64,000 nt of DNA, from assembly GCA_037447605.1 (NCBI GenBank), contig CM074807.1, positions 1,054,001 through 1,118,000 on the forward strand. The letters run 5' to 3'. Of this stretch, positions 52,118 to 64,000 are shown piece after piece. Numbering within the stretch: the stretch's first letter is position 1; every line of letters starts with the position of its first letter. Origin of the DNA: Zygnema circumcarinatum SAG 698-1b (taxonomy: Eukaryota; Plantae; Zygnematophyceae). A program made the position numbers and the translations under genes. The notes beneath the pieces were generated by a model. The model ran no database searches. It had not been told where the DNA came from and saw nothing but the letters and a program-made list of their open reading frames with translations.

Positions 52118-54675
52118 ATGACCGTTGCTGCCTCAATGGGCATTGCGGGAAGTGGAGATAGGAAGTGAAGGAACCCGTGAGCCTTGCGATTGAAATTGAC
52201 GACTTCCGCATGAGCTGTGCCAGTTTCTGTATTCAGTTGTTGTCCCTCGGCTGACTTGAATCCTGTTTTGACATGCTGCAGATTGGTTGCCATCTTCTCC
52301 CTTCGCAGCAATAGTGAGGAAGCAGGGTGCTCTGTTTCCTAAACGGATTGGTCACGTCCATTTCCTGGTGACCAAGTCTGCGCTTGCATTTCCAACAAGG
52401 TGGGCGGACTTAACCTAGCAGAACTCTACCTTTCAGCCTTGGTGTTGTGGGGCCTAGGACCATATTGCAACACGGATAAAGTTAGGACAGTGGCTTACTG
52501 CACATAACGCGCCCTTAAAGAATGTCGTAAGCCACAGAACTTTGGCAGCATAAGGTTAGAAAGCCCACAGAAACAGACCCCGGTGATTTGTTGATGAATT
52601 TGTGAAACTTTTGGGACAGTCATGGCATCGAAGGAATGCTAATTTTTGTGTATGTTTGCTGGAAGAAGGAAGTACGAAAGTATCCTGGCCAGTAATTCTC
52701 TTTCTTTGAAAAAAGCGTTTTACGCTTCTTCAGTAAGGCCTTGCATTCTTTAGTTTATCCACGGTGCCAACACTCCTTTTTCATTGGGGCTTGCAGAAAA
52801 GTAGTCGAGCATTTAGTATTGTTCAAGATGGCCGCAGGATTTACTGAAGAGCAGGAGAAAGATATGTTGGATCACCTGTATACGCTTCAGTATCATTATC
52901 GCCATATCATTGCATTGTCGCTTGGCCGCATCTTTTCAAAGCGCTCAAAGGGTTTCACGCATGCTCTCTTTGTGCGCTTCCCAACCCAAGATGCTCTGGC
53001 AGGCTATGCCAATCATCCATCCCACAAGTCTGTGCTTGACCAGTTTGTGACACCCTTTTGTGAGGTGAGTTAATCTTTGTCCGGATTTGGGATCCTCCCT
53101 GAGTAGCGAAAACTGATTTTGCTGTGTTTGTCTTTTGTGTGCCGGTTAGAAGCCAGTTCTTTTCATTGTCAATTATATGCATCAGCATTTATCCGGCCTA
53201 ACATCAAAAATTCCAGCTTGCCGATTCACTCGTCTAGTGCCGTCAAATGCATCAAGCATAAGTGACTGATAGCTTCCTGCATTTGTTTGTATCCAGCTTC
53301 TTGGCCCTGACTTGCATCTACAGGATGCTAGACGTCACTCAGAGCTGATAGTCGTTTCCTGATGTGCAGGATATGCTCGCTTTGGACTTCGAGGCAGATG
53401 TGGAGGATGACATTGAAACAATCTTTCGTAGAGGAGATGTGAGTCTCCTCTATGGCTGTCCTTTACATTCTCTGTCCTTTACATTCGCTGTTGGTGTACT
53501 AAAAGCCTTGAAGGCTTCGCTAAACGGGCAGTACGCCCTTTCCTTAGCTGAAGGGGTATCTGGTGCCTCTTGGTGTTTTATGCAGTTTTTTGAGCAAGGA
53601 ATCGAGCACTTTGTTTTGGTGAAAGTGAAGGATTCCTCTTCGCCCGAGGAACGCCACAACATGTTGGCTGCTCTGGCGGAATTGCCCCTGAAATTGGGAC
53701 CGAGCATTGTTCAGCTCACTGCAGGTGAAGCCTCTCTTCACTTCTCAGAGCACCTCCACATTGCTTGAACAGACCATTGTCCTTTGAGGAAAACTCTCAA
53801 TAGTCTGCAGGTTTCCCTCCGAGGTGAATTTGCTCGGAGGGGAACCAGGTGGCCGAATTTCCTTCTCGTCCTTCTGTTTCTCCTCAAACAAACTGGGAAC
53901 ATGGGGATCGCCGAGTGTTGCTTTTTACATCCAGAATGTGGCTTGTTTCATTCATATGAACCCTCGCCATATATAGGCGTGCCATGGCTTGAGCCTTCCC
54001 GCTGACTGCATGTTCAATCTGCTCTACACCTCAGGGCAGAACTTTTCCGACCGAAGCCAAGGCTATACACATGGCCTCGTAGTGAGGGTGCCTTCAGGTA
54101 CCCTTCATTTCCTCATTTTGAAATGTTCTATTGTTGCATACTTTAGCGGATTACATAGCTTCGTAAAGTTGTTGCATCGTGTATGCACCTCTGTCTTTCT
54201 CCAAAGAATCTGACGATCCCACTGATTTTGGTTTTGACAGAGGAGGATTTGGAGATATACAACCAGCACCCAGAGCATCTAGAGGTGTGTTCTACTCTCC
54301 TCTTGTCCCCTCCTCCCTTTCTTCCCCTCTCCTTCCGTCGGTGTCCAAAGAGGCCAACACTGATGTACGTTATATGTTACCCTTTTATGCGGATTTGTAG
54401 GGTTCTATGTATCCGTGCTGTTGATGTTCGTCTCTTGAACTGCCATCAAGAGCCTCCATGATTGGCATGGCCAGTGCTGAGAACTGATTCTATGTGTATT
54501 CTCCCCTTGATCACTATGTTATCAGTATATTAACCATACGTTATCCGTATGTTAAACAGTATGTCAACTTATGCACGGGATGGTGCAGGTGCTGTTGAAT
54601 AAGGTTCTCCCCATCAGTGAGCGGATCCTTATTGTCGACTTCAAGGTGGACCCTGTTGGGACGACTGTCATGTGA
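52118..54675 (+). CDS. Stress-responsive A/B barrel (Dabb) protein with two domains, probably plastid-targeted
   Basis: KVVEHLVLFK..GFTHALFVRF..YANHPSH and IEHFVLVKVK..GQNFSDRSQGYTHGLVVR..YNQHPEH..IVDF. Stop at 54673-54675. The start is uncertain and could extend to the ATG at 51024. Confidence 0.85.
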
Positions 54676-55234
54676 AGGGTCCTCAGTTCTACTGAAGGAA
54701 CAATGGGAGCCCAGCCAAGCAGTGTAGACGAGTAGAATGTAGATATGAGATCTGATTGTTAAGAAGCGGTCATACTCATAACAACATCATTCCATCATTT
54801 GAAATACTTGCTCATGTTGCTCTCAACTAGCATCAACCAATTACGTTCGGACAGTTTCAACCTGCCCTACAAGACAGGCATCCTAGAAGTCTGAACGAAG
54901 GCCTTTTTGGACTAACCGCGGCTGCCTTTGGTTGATGGATGCGGTCATTAGGACTTGCAACAAGGCGTTGTCCAAGAACTGCCAACAGACGCCTTTCAAA
55001 CAACAATAAGCTACAAAAGAAAAGAGTGCCAATGGCAGTTGAATAGTTTTCTCTCAATGGTGGCTGTACAGGCCAGACTCTTGAACAAATGCAGTCTGTC
55101 TTGCAGTATATGGCTTCAGATGGCTTTACAGTAACTCGCCAGTGGATGGATCTACAGAGCCGCGATTAGATTTCTTATCAAAACTGGATATCATACAGTC
55201 AAGTCGACGAACGTCAAAAACATGAATACGGTTT

Positions 55235-56483
55235 TTATGTCCAGGGGACTCGAACTAAATGGGAAAGCCCCTGCTTACTAGACTGGGTATCATCCTCCTC
55301 TCGATAAGTAGAGGAGATAGAGAAAGCGTAATCCATGAGTTCTAATTTAGTTGAGGCTGGCTTACTCCCGGTAGTCAGAAAGTTGGCGTACAAAAAAAAG
55401 GAAACCTCCAATCGCTCTGTTGCGCCCATCACATGTGTCTGCCTAACCACCAATGGTACAACATTCCGACCTAAGCCCTTCTCTACATTTTTGCCAGGTG
55501 CGCCATCTTCTCTACCTTCCCATGCCGCCACTGACACTCGCCCATCCAGGAGATGAAAGAACTTACAGTCCATCTTCCGTAAAGCTATAAGGCTGACAGA
55601 GAGGTTTCCCACATATGCTTCAACTTTTTCACGCACGTCTGTCAGCAGTTGGTTTTGGAATGGCCCCAGCATGGAACTAAGGAGGGCGTTGTGACTAAGA
55701 GAAGGTCTTAGCACTGCAATGCAGTCTCCCAAACTTATCCCTTCAGGAAAGCATTGCAGCATCTTATTCGTGCTATATGGTAGGCATTCAGAAAACACAG
55801 GACGATCGTTGAGGCTGATGTCTAAGAGGAGCTCAACATCTTTCGGTTGAAGCGGAGGATCGCGGCGACGACCCAAAGTCAGTCGTCGGTACAAGTCTTT
55901 GGCTCCTGAAGCCAGTGGCATTGTGTTGAAGACGCTGCATTCATACCACAGAACAGACGTGTCAGCCGCAGTTTGGGGCTTTGCAAGCCAATTCCAACTT
56001 CAAACAAAGTTTGTTCACCAGTGAATGTAAGTGATGCAGACAATCGCAAAACAATGAACTATACAATGATTGCAGACGGTGCAGTTTATCCTTCATTACT
56101 CGAGGAAATATCCAGTTTCGGAACAATATATAATATGCGCACAGGCTACCTCGAAACTAAGCCGAAGCAGAAGAAAAAATCATTGCATTCTTTACCTGAC
56201 TTGACTGGACGGATACGTCATATACTACTCCTCACCTGGAGCATTCAATAGCTGGCCAGTCCTTCAAGCAAAGCTGTCTCCAAAAGCTGTTATCTTTCGC
56301 CAAATCTCTCCACAATCGACTCACGCGCGAGCATGCCAAAAGGCTGTCGTAGGTCAAGTACGGAAAGAAGGCTTCCAAATGGCCCTTGGAGACAGGAGAC
56401 TCGCTGTCACTTTCTGGCGGGGTACACTGCCTCTCGCAATTCCCCTCATTTTCAGAACTTCTGCTGCAATCTCTGTCGGACAT
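55235..56483 (-). CDS. F-box protein (2 exons)
   Basis: FPYLTYDSLLACSRVSRLWRDLAKDNSFWRQLCLKDWP splices in frame to VFNTMPLASGAKDLYRR..LLLDISLNDRPVFS. Confidence 0.85.
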
Positions 56484-57020
56484 TGCTCCACTCTCTAGAT
56501 CTCACTTGACAGGATTGACACGCGCTCCGAACGAGCGCTACAGTTGCACAATAACACGAAACCTTCCTCCACTCTCCTCTCTCTACCCGCCTCTCTCCCT
56601 CTCGCGCCCTCCTCCCTCTGCTTCTCTCCCAGGCCCCTGCCGCCTGCCGGACTGCGCCCACCCGCAAACGTGAACGCTGCGGGAGAGAAAGGAGGAGAGA
56701 AGAGAGATATGAGAGCGAGTGCCCCATTTTCGTGTCCTCCACGCCAGATCCAGCGCCTGGGGGGGCGGTCTCCGCATGGCGGAATCCGCAAATCTGCCGC
56801 TCCGGCTCGGAGCATTTTCTGCTTTCCGAATTGCAGGCCGTGGGACTGACTGTACTTCTGACTCACTTGACTCGCTGACCGCTAAAGAACGGCAGTTGGA
56901 GCTTGTCAGGGCCGTCAGAGGACGCACTTTTGTGGTGGCAACATTGACATTTCACACCAGGTTCTTATTCAGGAATTTAGATTTTCTATTTTTGTTTTTT
57001 TAAAAGCTAAATTGTTTTTA

Positions 57021-57068
57021 TCCATGGTCATTTCATGGCATCGCCATCGTGAGATCAATGCCACATCA
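57021..57068 (+). repeat. ~80-bp dispersed repeat, copy 5 (5' truncated)
   Basis: TCCATGGTCATTTCATGGCATCGCCATCGTGAGATCAATGCCACATCA. Confidence 0.88.
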
Positions 57069-57431
57069 TTATTCTAGATGGTTTCATGGGCAAGGGCATG
57101 AAACCAAAGATTGAAAGCGCGAGTTTTTTTTAGCGCTGAAGCAATCTCAAAACAGGGGGACTGAAACTTGGAATGCTTGGGACCAGTCTGACAGGGAATC
57201 CGATTTTTCCAGAACCTGGTTTTAGCTACAAACTTGAAGCACAGCTTTAATTCCCGGGGGCTTAGTTTTCGACCTGTCACTCTCAGTTTTCGACCCGAGG
57301 TGTCAAGACCGATAGCCCCCAGTGTGATCATGGAACTTTGAAAAATGGACGTGGAAGCGCACCATCTGAACGCCACAACATGGTCATCGGATTCAATCCT
57401 TTCTACCAAGAAAGGAGAAACAAGGAGTTTA

Positions 57432-60400
57432 TTACAGGGCTCCCACTTTCACTGCCCCATCTAAAACCTCTTGAATCACCATTTTGAGCTTGGAAGTGGC
57501 CTCTTCCACATTGGGCTGATCAAAAACAGCCGAAACAATAGCAACACCGCCTAACTGTGCTCCGCAGCCGTACTGCAAAACTTCCTTTACCCTCTCCCCA
57601 TTTATTCCACCAATAGCAACTACTGGAAGTGGACTCATGGCGCACACTTTTCTCAGCCCCGCCAACCCAACGGTTGTGTTGCCCTCCTTTGTTAAAGTGG
57701 GGTACACTCCCCCAACCCCCACATAGTCTGCTCCCCCATCGAACGCAGCTTGGGCTTGCTCTGGAGACTTTGCAGAAACTCCAATAATCTTATCAGGGCC
57801 AAGAAGGGACCGTACAGTGGCAGCCGGCATGTCCGACTGTCCCACATGGACACCGTCAGCCCCAACAGCAATTGCCACATCGACTCTGTCATTTATAATA
57901 AGAGGGATTCCCGCCTCGTGGGCTACTCGCACTGCCGTTTCAGCAATCTGTGGATGAAGGAATGACTACATCAGTGGAGCTTCATCGCAACAGTTTGATT
58001 CACATTGGCAAGGTCTATAAGTGATGAATTTGGCCAGCAGACGCCCTAATGGCAAGAGGTGGTTCAGTTGTAAGGGATGCTCACCTTAATGAAGTCTCCA
58101 GTATCAGCGTCCTTCTCCCTGCAACCGTCAACAACGGCAACCCTGTCACCCATCTTGGCCAGTACAACCCCTCTATGGCTGACAGTATTTGCAGCAAATT
58201 GCCCATATGGCATCATCAAATTCAGGAAAGACTCTCGCACCGAATTTGCACGATTGTCGCTCCTCCATCAATGGCTCCGCGAACTGCCTCTTCCATTGAC
58301 CTCTGCCACCGTGCATTCATTCGCGAATCCGTAACTGCATAAAGTTGAAGATCTGACGGTCGGAATCGCATCCGGGGAGAGTCTACTACACTCCACTTAG
58401 CAATGCTCGGGAGATGGTTTAGCGGCCCATGAGGCCCTCCTCCAATTTCAAGCGTTCTGCTGGCAATTAGCACCTCCACCAAATAATTCTTCGCTGCCTG
58501 TGATCTCCCACAGCTCGATGAGATTAGTTGTAGCTTCTTTTCCAAACACAGACCTCCATTGTCCCATATATGAGGTTGAGACAAGCAAAGCAAATTTCTA
58601 GGCGATAGCCTCACCTTCACAGCCGGGAGAAGGCTCATTCCCTTAGCAAGCTGCGCAGCTATGGCTGCCGCAAGAGTACATCCAGTCCCATGTGTATTTC
58701 GTGTTTGAACACGAACTGAACTGAGCTCATGCCACTGCTTCCCTGCAAAGAAGCTCAGAGGAGTAATTGGCCGGACTCACTGTAAGCTTCAGGCAAGCAT
58801 TGAAGTCCGATGAAATACCTCCAAGCACAACTATTGCCTTTCAGGCCTTAAAAAACTTCGGGAAAGTCAGGCCGTTTCCCGTACTGAAGAGCTGTCCTAA
58901 TTTTCTCCTAATGGCAAACTATGGATTTGCCATGTGCCCAGTTTATGATGGTGATCAGCATCTTGATGGCCAACCCTTGATGCAAACCCTTCACAAGAAT
59001 ACAGCGCCCCCATCATTACTACTTCGGGAGTGCTTGACAGAGACGCACCATCATAAAGAATATCAATAGCATCATCCGACTCCGGTAGATGTCCACCTTT
59101 GATTAGGACGTTCCTACAAATAACCACCTCGAAGGTGAGGCCTCCATGCGAAACACCCGTTCAAGCACAGATACTGCTTTCGAAGGAGAAACAGAAACTC
59201 ATGCTGGTTATTCCCATTAGCTTCCCATATTCTTGCATCTCAGTAGCTTGATTCAATTTTGTAGCTATTCTTGAAACATTGTGGTGCACCTCACTTGGGC
59301 CCCATGGCATGTATTAGTTCGCCCGCCCGCCTCATATCCTCTATGCTTCGAATCGATCCCACTTCCCAACCGAGTATGGCGGCTGCCTCAGAGAGGTTCG
59401 GAGTCACTACATCGGCCAAAGGAAATAGTTCGTTCCTGCCATTCGCTCATCCACCTCACGATCATCAAAATCACACCAAGCACTGCCACGAGCTTAAGGG
59501 GCGTTGGAGATGAGACTATCCTTTCATTGAAATTAGGACGAATTTTTTTTATGTGTGGGTTATTATGTGCCCAGCCAGAGCATAGGACAGAAGACCTTCA
59601 GCATGAGCTAAGATGAACGTGTAAGACAGAAGTAACCCCTAAGGTGATATCAAGAAATCGCTAAACTTCCACAAATTCTCTTTAAGAGTTAAATCGACCA
59701 ACTCTGAACCGTAATGTTTTGTTGCACGAACCAACCGACCCCTTAGCCCTGCATGCTACCAACAATATAGCGACCATACAAGTTTGTGGAAGCGCAGTAT
59801 TGCTGTATTGGATACGTAACGACTTGATGAATTGTCAACATCGTATTGTAGCTACAGGCATGCCGGTTGACTGAGCCTTTGGCGACTCATTAGGCATGAA
59901 GACACGCTTATGTGAAGGAGCAATTCACCTCAGAGCTGGCAATACAGCAGCATCTGCCAAGCGGTCTCCACTTGTTGCCACAAGCACTGGGTCCACCACC
60001 AATGCTGCACCCAATCCCTGCCGACGGATGTTCTGATATATGACAGAGCACTCCTTCAAAGAATTATTCTTTCTGGATAGTAGTTTCCCTCTGTATTTTT
60101 CGTCAACTGTTTCCGTTTTCGCCTTCTCACACGAATGAAGAATCTAAAAGAGAAGACAATGTGCCCGATATGGACCATGCACAGGAATGGCGCATTTTCC
60201 ATTTTTAAAAAATGGGCAATAACCTTAACAGGTGCCAGTTACATTAATCGAGTGTAGAGCAAACATGACGAGACCAAATATGGCCTGACCTGGCTGTTCA
60301 GTAGCAATACAAACACCTTGTGGTCCTTAGGTGATTCGCGACCAGTTCTTCGTGGTTTCCCATGATGTTTTTTTTCCATATACATTTGATGGCATCGCCA

Positions 60401-61962
60401 TCGTGAGATCAATACGACATCTTTGTTTCCCTTGTGCCTAAAAGGCAATGGGCCTCCTCCTTTTGATGTGACAAGTTGCACCTTCAAAATAATTGAAGTC
60501 CACACATAATCCTGAATTTCGACATTGACCCGTCAACTTATAAGATACACCATTGAAGGCCAAGGGAAGGGTTACCTCCATGTGGGAACTTGCGAAGCAC
60601 AGACGCAAGAGACAAAATAATATCCGGAGTTGGCAGCATTCCAGTTTTAACCTGCAGGAATATCCCAACGAGTAATATCCACAGTTTCACTTAACAAAAA
60701 CTCATCTAATGGTCAAATAAAGGGTTCGCGAGTAGACTTCCCAAAAAAAATTCGCAATAAAGAAATATCACGAGCCTTCTTCCATGTTGAGTCTGATTGC
60801 CTAAACCTTGGCTTTGTTTGCAGCAAAGTTTAAATTTGCATTTGTCTTGGCTTTGTTCGCAAACGAACTGTTAGATTGGCCTATGTTCATGATGACTATC
60901 CGCTTATTAACTTATCAGTGACTTACACTTCGTAAGTATACTCGTTACTGAAGTGTACGGAAACTAAAAAACTGCACAATCTTACTTGAAGTTCGGGAAG
61001 GTCATTTTTCAAGTTCAGAAAGAAAAAAAGCATAGCTGTATTAAAATACTTGAAATTGCTTAAATACAGTAGTGTCAGACTTTCTATCAGCGACTCCTGC
61101 TCCTGGATATTCTTTCCAATTTTCTTTTTCAATTCACAGAATCACTCTCCTGAATGCTTGTAATTATAATAATAAAAAGCGCACAGGAGAGTTAATTGTT
61201 TCCCCATATTCACCACCCCTTTTTTTTTTGAAGCTCGTCCAAGGGCAAGCATAGTTGTTAGAAAATATCAACAAAAAAGTAACCATTCATTCCATTCCTT
61301 CCTTTGGAAAAGTAATTCCAAACCGACTCGCGACATTTGCTTTTCAATTGCACAGACCAGCAGCTCATCTTCTTCTTGAACCACAACCAGCTCCTTGACA
61401 CCCTAATTCCTGAGACGAATCCCGTCAAAATTACCACATCCGTTCCAATATCTTCCAGCACACTCAAGATCTGGCGCTCCACGACAGACGGAGGAACGAC
61501 CTCCACTTGCTGCACGCCAGCTGTGTTCTGCGCCGTCAGCGCCGTGATAGCCGTCGTGCAGAAAACCCCCATGGCCGCGCACGCTTTCATATCTGCCTGA
61601 ATCCCCGCACCCCCTCCGCTATCGGACCCTGCTACTGTCAGGACACGTGGCACGGCTGCCGGAGCTTGCTGGCGCGCCTCACCCGGAAAAGCCCTGAACG
61701 ACACGTGTCCTTCTGTCGCTGCAAACACACCGATAGCTTCCTCCCCCTGCTTTCCAGGAGTCATGGCTTTCCCTCGCACGGAAACTCTATCCTTGGAGCT
61801 AACTCTAATTGAAGAGGAACGAGAACTGCTCTTGCGGAAGGCTCCAATTTGAAGACTTTCCGTATTGAAGAAGGTTCTTGGAGCCAAAATTGTACACAGC
61901 GCTGCTCCTGCGCCAGCTGGAGTGCTTGCTGCTCGCAAGGCGCTCAGCAGGTGGTCGGCCAT
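57432..61962 (-). CDS. TH1: Bifunctional HMP-P kinase / thiamine-phosphate synthase (ThiD-ThiE fusion), plastid-targeted
   Basis: [96 protein letters not shown]. Confidence 0.96.
60343..60421 (+). repeat. ~80-bp dispersed repeat, copy 6, in a TH1 intron
   Basis: CAGTTCTTCGTGGTTTCCCATGATG..TCCATATACATTTGATGGCATCGCCATCGTGAGATCAATACGACATC. Confidence 0.88.
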
Positions 61963-62938
61963 GGCGGAGGCCTGCTCTGCTCTCCCTGCTCGTCCCTTCA
62001 AGTGCAAACGAAGCAGGTTCCATGCTCCCTACGTAGGGCCCAGTTCTGCAAATATGAAAAATGCGCGTTGTTGATCTGGTAAATAAGGTCTATCATCAAT
62101 CCCTTTTCTTTTGAAAGAATACAATTCAAAACAAGTACACGTTTTCTTGGGAGCGCACTATAATCGTCGCTTAAAGCAAATTTCGAGAATACTCTTTGAA
62201 ATTTGTCTTGAAGCGAAACGTTCAAAGCTTGAATTTTCTATTCCCTCTAGAGCCATGTTGTTGTTGTTGCCATGTTGTTGTTCATGTCCATGCCCATCTC
62301 ATGCGACCCATGCGTTGTATGCGGAACCGGCCGAGGCGGTTGCGCCGTTTCGGCGAGACTTCGGGAGTCTCGGACCTGGCCATCGTTCAGTCAGCACTCG
62401 CCACGTGTCAAAACTGTACACGTGGCGTGCTTCTATTGGAACATATGCGACAATGTTGAGCAAAGTCAAAATGTTGACCCGAAACACAGGAGGGGCGGGC
62501 CGGGGGGAAAGGGGCGGTCCGGGGGGAAAGGGGCGGTCGGGGGGAAAGGGGCGGTTGCGCGACCGCAAGTTGATACGCCCGCCAAGGTTTCGGCCTGCCC
62601 TGGGAGGTACGGATACCACGTGGCGGATAGAGAGTGGCCGAACCAGAGAAGTATTCTGACCAGTAACGCGGGCAGAATAAACCATCTGCGAAAAAAGCAA
62701 CGCGGATTGGCTGTCGATTATCCCGCGCGCAATTCTCTCGTGCAGGCCGTCAGGACTGCCCAGAGGGCCGATTTTTTTTTTTTTTGCGTACGGGCCGAGA
62801 TTCGGTTGCAAGACGACGCGGGCCTCCTCAAAAAAAACTAGCGCTGCCCAATCAAGAGTAGCATTCACACTTGCGGGTGTGCTTCGGGCAGGACGAAACA
62901 TTTTGTGCCCCTTGGAGGCGGATGCGGAGGCACAGGGC

Positions 62939-63346
62939 TAGGGTTGGGGACACGGGGGCACGGGCATGCCCGGGGGGGGGGCCATGCCCGGGGCACGTGG
63001 TCGGCCGTGCCCGGGGCACGGAAATCTGCAAAAGCCGTGCCCCTCGACCGTGCCCCCCTACGTCAGCGTGCCACGTCACGGTCGGGGCCGGGACTGTGAC
63101 GGCTCACATGGAACATGCATGTAGTGGCACACAGTCCGTACTTTTCGTACTATTTACACTTTCCGTACGTTTGTTCATACCGTTCGTAATTTCCGCACGC
63201 TTCCCAATACTGCAACTGGTCCGATTTTAACCGTTCTATGTGGTCACGTCACGGGGCACGAAAAGGGGCATGACCCCCTTCCCGCGGGAGGGGGGGGGAC
63301 ACGTGCCCGGGGCACCAATTTGGCCGGGGCCGTGCCCCCAACCCTT
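62939..63346. mobile_element. GC-rich non-autonomous TIR element (408 bp) with GGGCACG subterminal repeats
   Basis: TIRs TAGGGTTGGGGACACGG and reverse complement AAGGGTTGGGGGCACGG. Flanking direct repeat GCACAGGGC at 62930-62938 and 63347-63355 (9 bp, or 8 bp if the right end is one base longer). Confidence 0.85.
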
Positions 63347-63634
63347 GCACAGGGCTGGTGGCTGAAGGTGCCCTGCAGCAGCAGGCGCTGATAACCACCG
63401 GCAGGCAGCCATAAAAAGAAGGGGGAGCGAGAGATGGGAGAGAGCAGGGGGGAGGAGGGAGCATGGTCCCAGAGAGACGGGGAGGCGTCAAGGAGGAGGA
63501 GGCGACGGGCAGGAAGCCCTGAATGGGGGCGACAGAGGAGGGAGCGCTGGAGTCCGTGGGGACTTCAGTGTTTGCTGCTTAGGTCTTGGAGCGGAAGGTT
63601 TTGGAGGAACTCGTAGAGAAGGGCGAGTTCAGCC

Positions 63635-64000
63635 ATGAGGAAGAAGTTGGATACTCGGTTCCCGGCGGTGCGTGGTTCTTTTTTTTTTTTGGACAATAGT
63701 AGGGAGCTTGCTTTTGTGGTTCGTCCGGTTCTACTGCACGGATGTGTCATCGGAAGGGTTCTGTTGCCAGATACGGTTGTGATTTTTCTTTCATCACCCT
63801 TTCGATGTTTTCTGACGCTTATTGGTGGCTGCCTTGCAGGCCCGTATCAAGAAGATAATGCAGGCTGACGAAGATGTTGGCAAGATTGCGCTGGCAACGC
63901 CTGTCCTAGTTTGTAAGCTCACGCAAGGCCATGTTTCTCGTTGACCGCTTCTGGATGTGCCAGTCCTTTGAATAGATTTGGAACTTGATAACTATTTGAT
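63635..64000 (+). CDS. DRAP1: Dr1-associated corepressor / NC2-alpha histone-fold protein, 3' part outside the window
   Basis: Exon 63635-63667 (MRKKLDTRFPA) joins 63840-63912 (ARIKKIMQADEDVGKIALATPVLV). Confidence 0.92.

Noticed and set aside
57070-57430. TPP riboswitch in the TH1 3' region
   Set aside because: A CTGAGA word occurs on the minus strand, but the downstream CCTGA..TAAT..GCG..GGGA core and the paired helices were not found.
62111-63491. GC-rich ORFs between TH1 and NC2-alpha
   Set aside because: No recognisable domains, and they overlap promoter repeats and a non-autonomous TIR element.

Overview
Eukaryotic nuclear DNA with GT-AG introns. Gene content points to a streptophyte plant, probably a charophyte alga or early-diverging land plant (inference; species not identifiable). 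About 15 protein-coding genes were reconstructed by hand. In order they are: a spliced MltB-type lytic transglycosylase, an F-box gene, plastidic G6PD, a PITH-domain protein, an F-box/LRR protein, an ARL5/ARFC1 GTPase, a DRM-type DNA methyltransferase, a head-to-head pair of Q/A/P-rich hydrophilic proteins, a HAD hydrolase, an EamA transporter, an mTERF-like protein, a Dabb-barrel protein, another F-box gene, TH1 and NC2-alpha. The strongest candidate for something new is an AT-rich DRM methyltransferase (31710-32807). It has intact catalytic motifs and a basic residue at a known specificity position, and it sits in a ~5 kb repeat-rich cassette beside a perfect 21-bp hairpin. Other highlights are a nested stack of non-autonomous DNA transposons with verifiable TIRs/TSDs (14015-15714) and an ~80-bp structured dispersed repeat present 6-8 times with strong strand bias. 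No CRISPR array, rRNA or tRNA was found.
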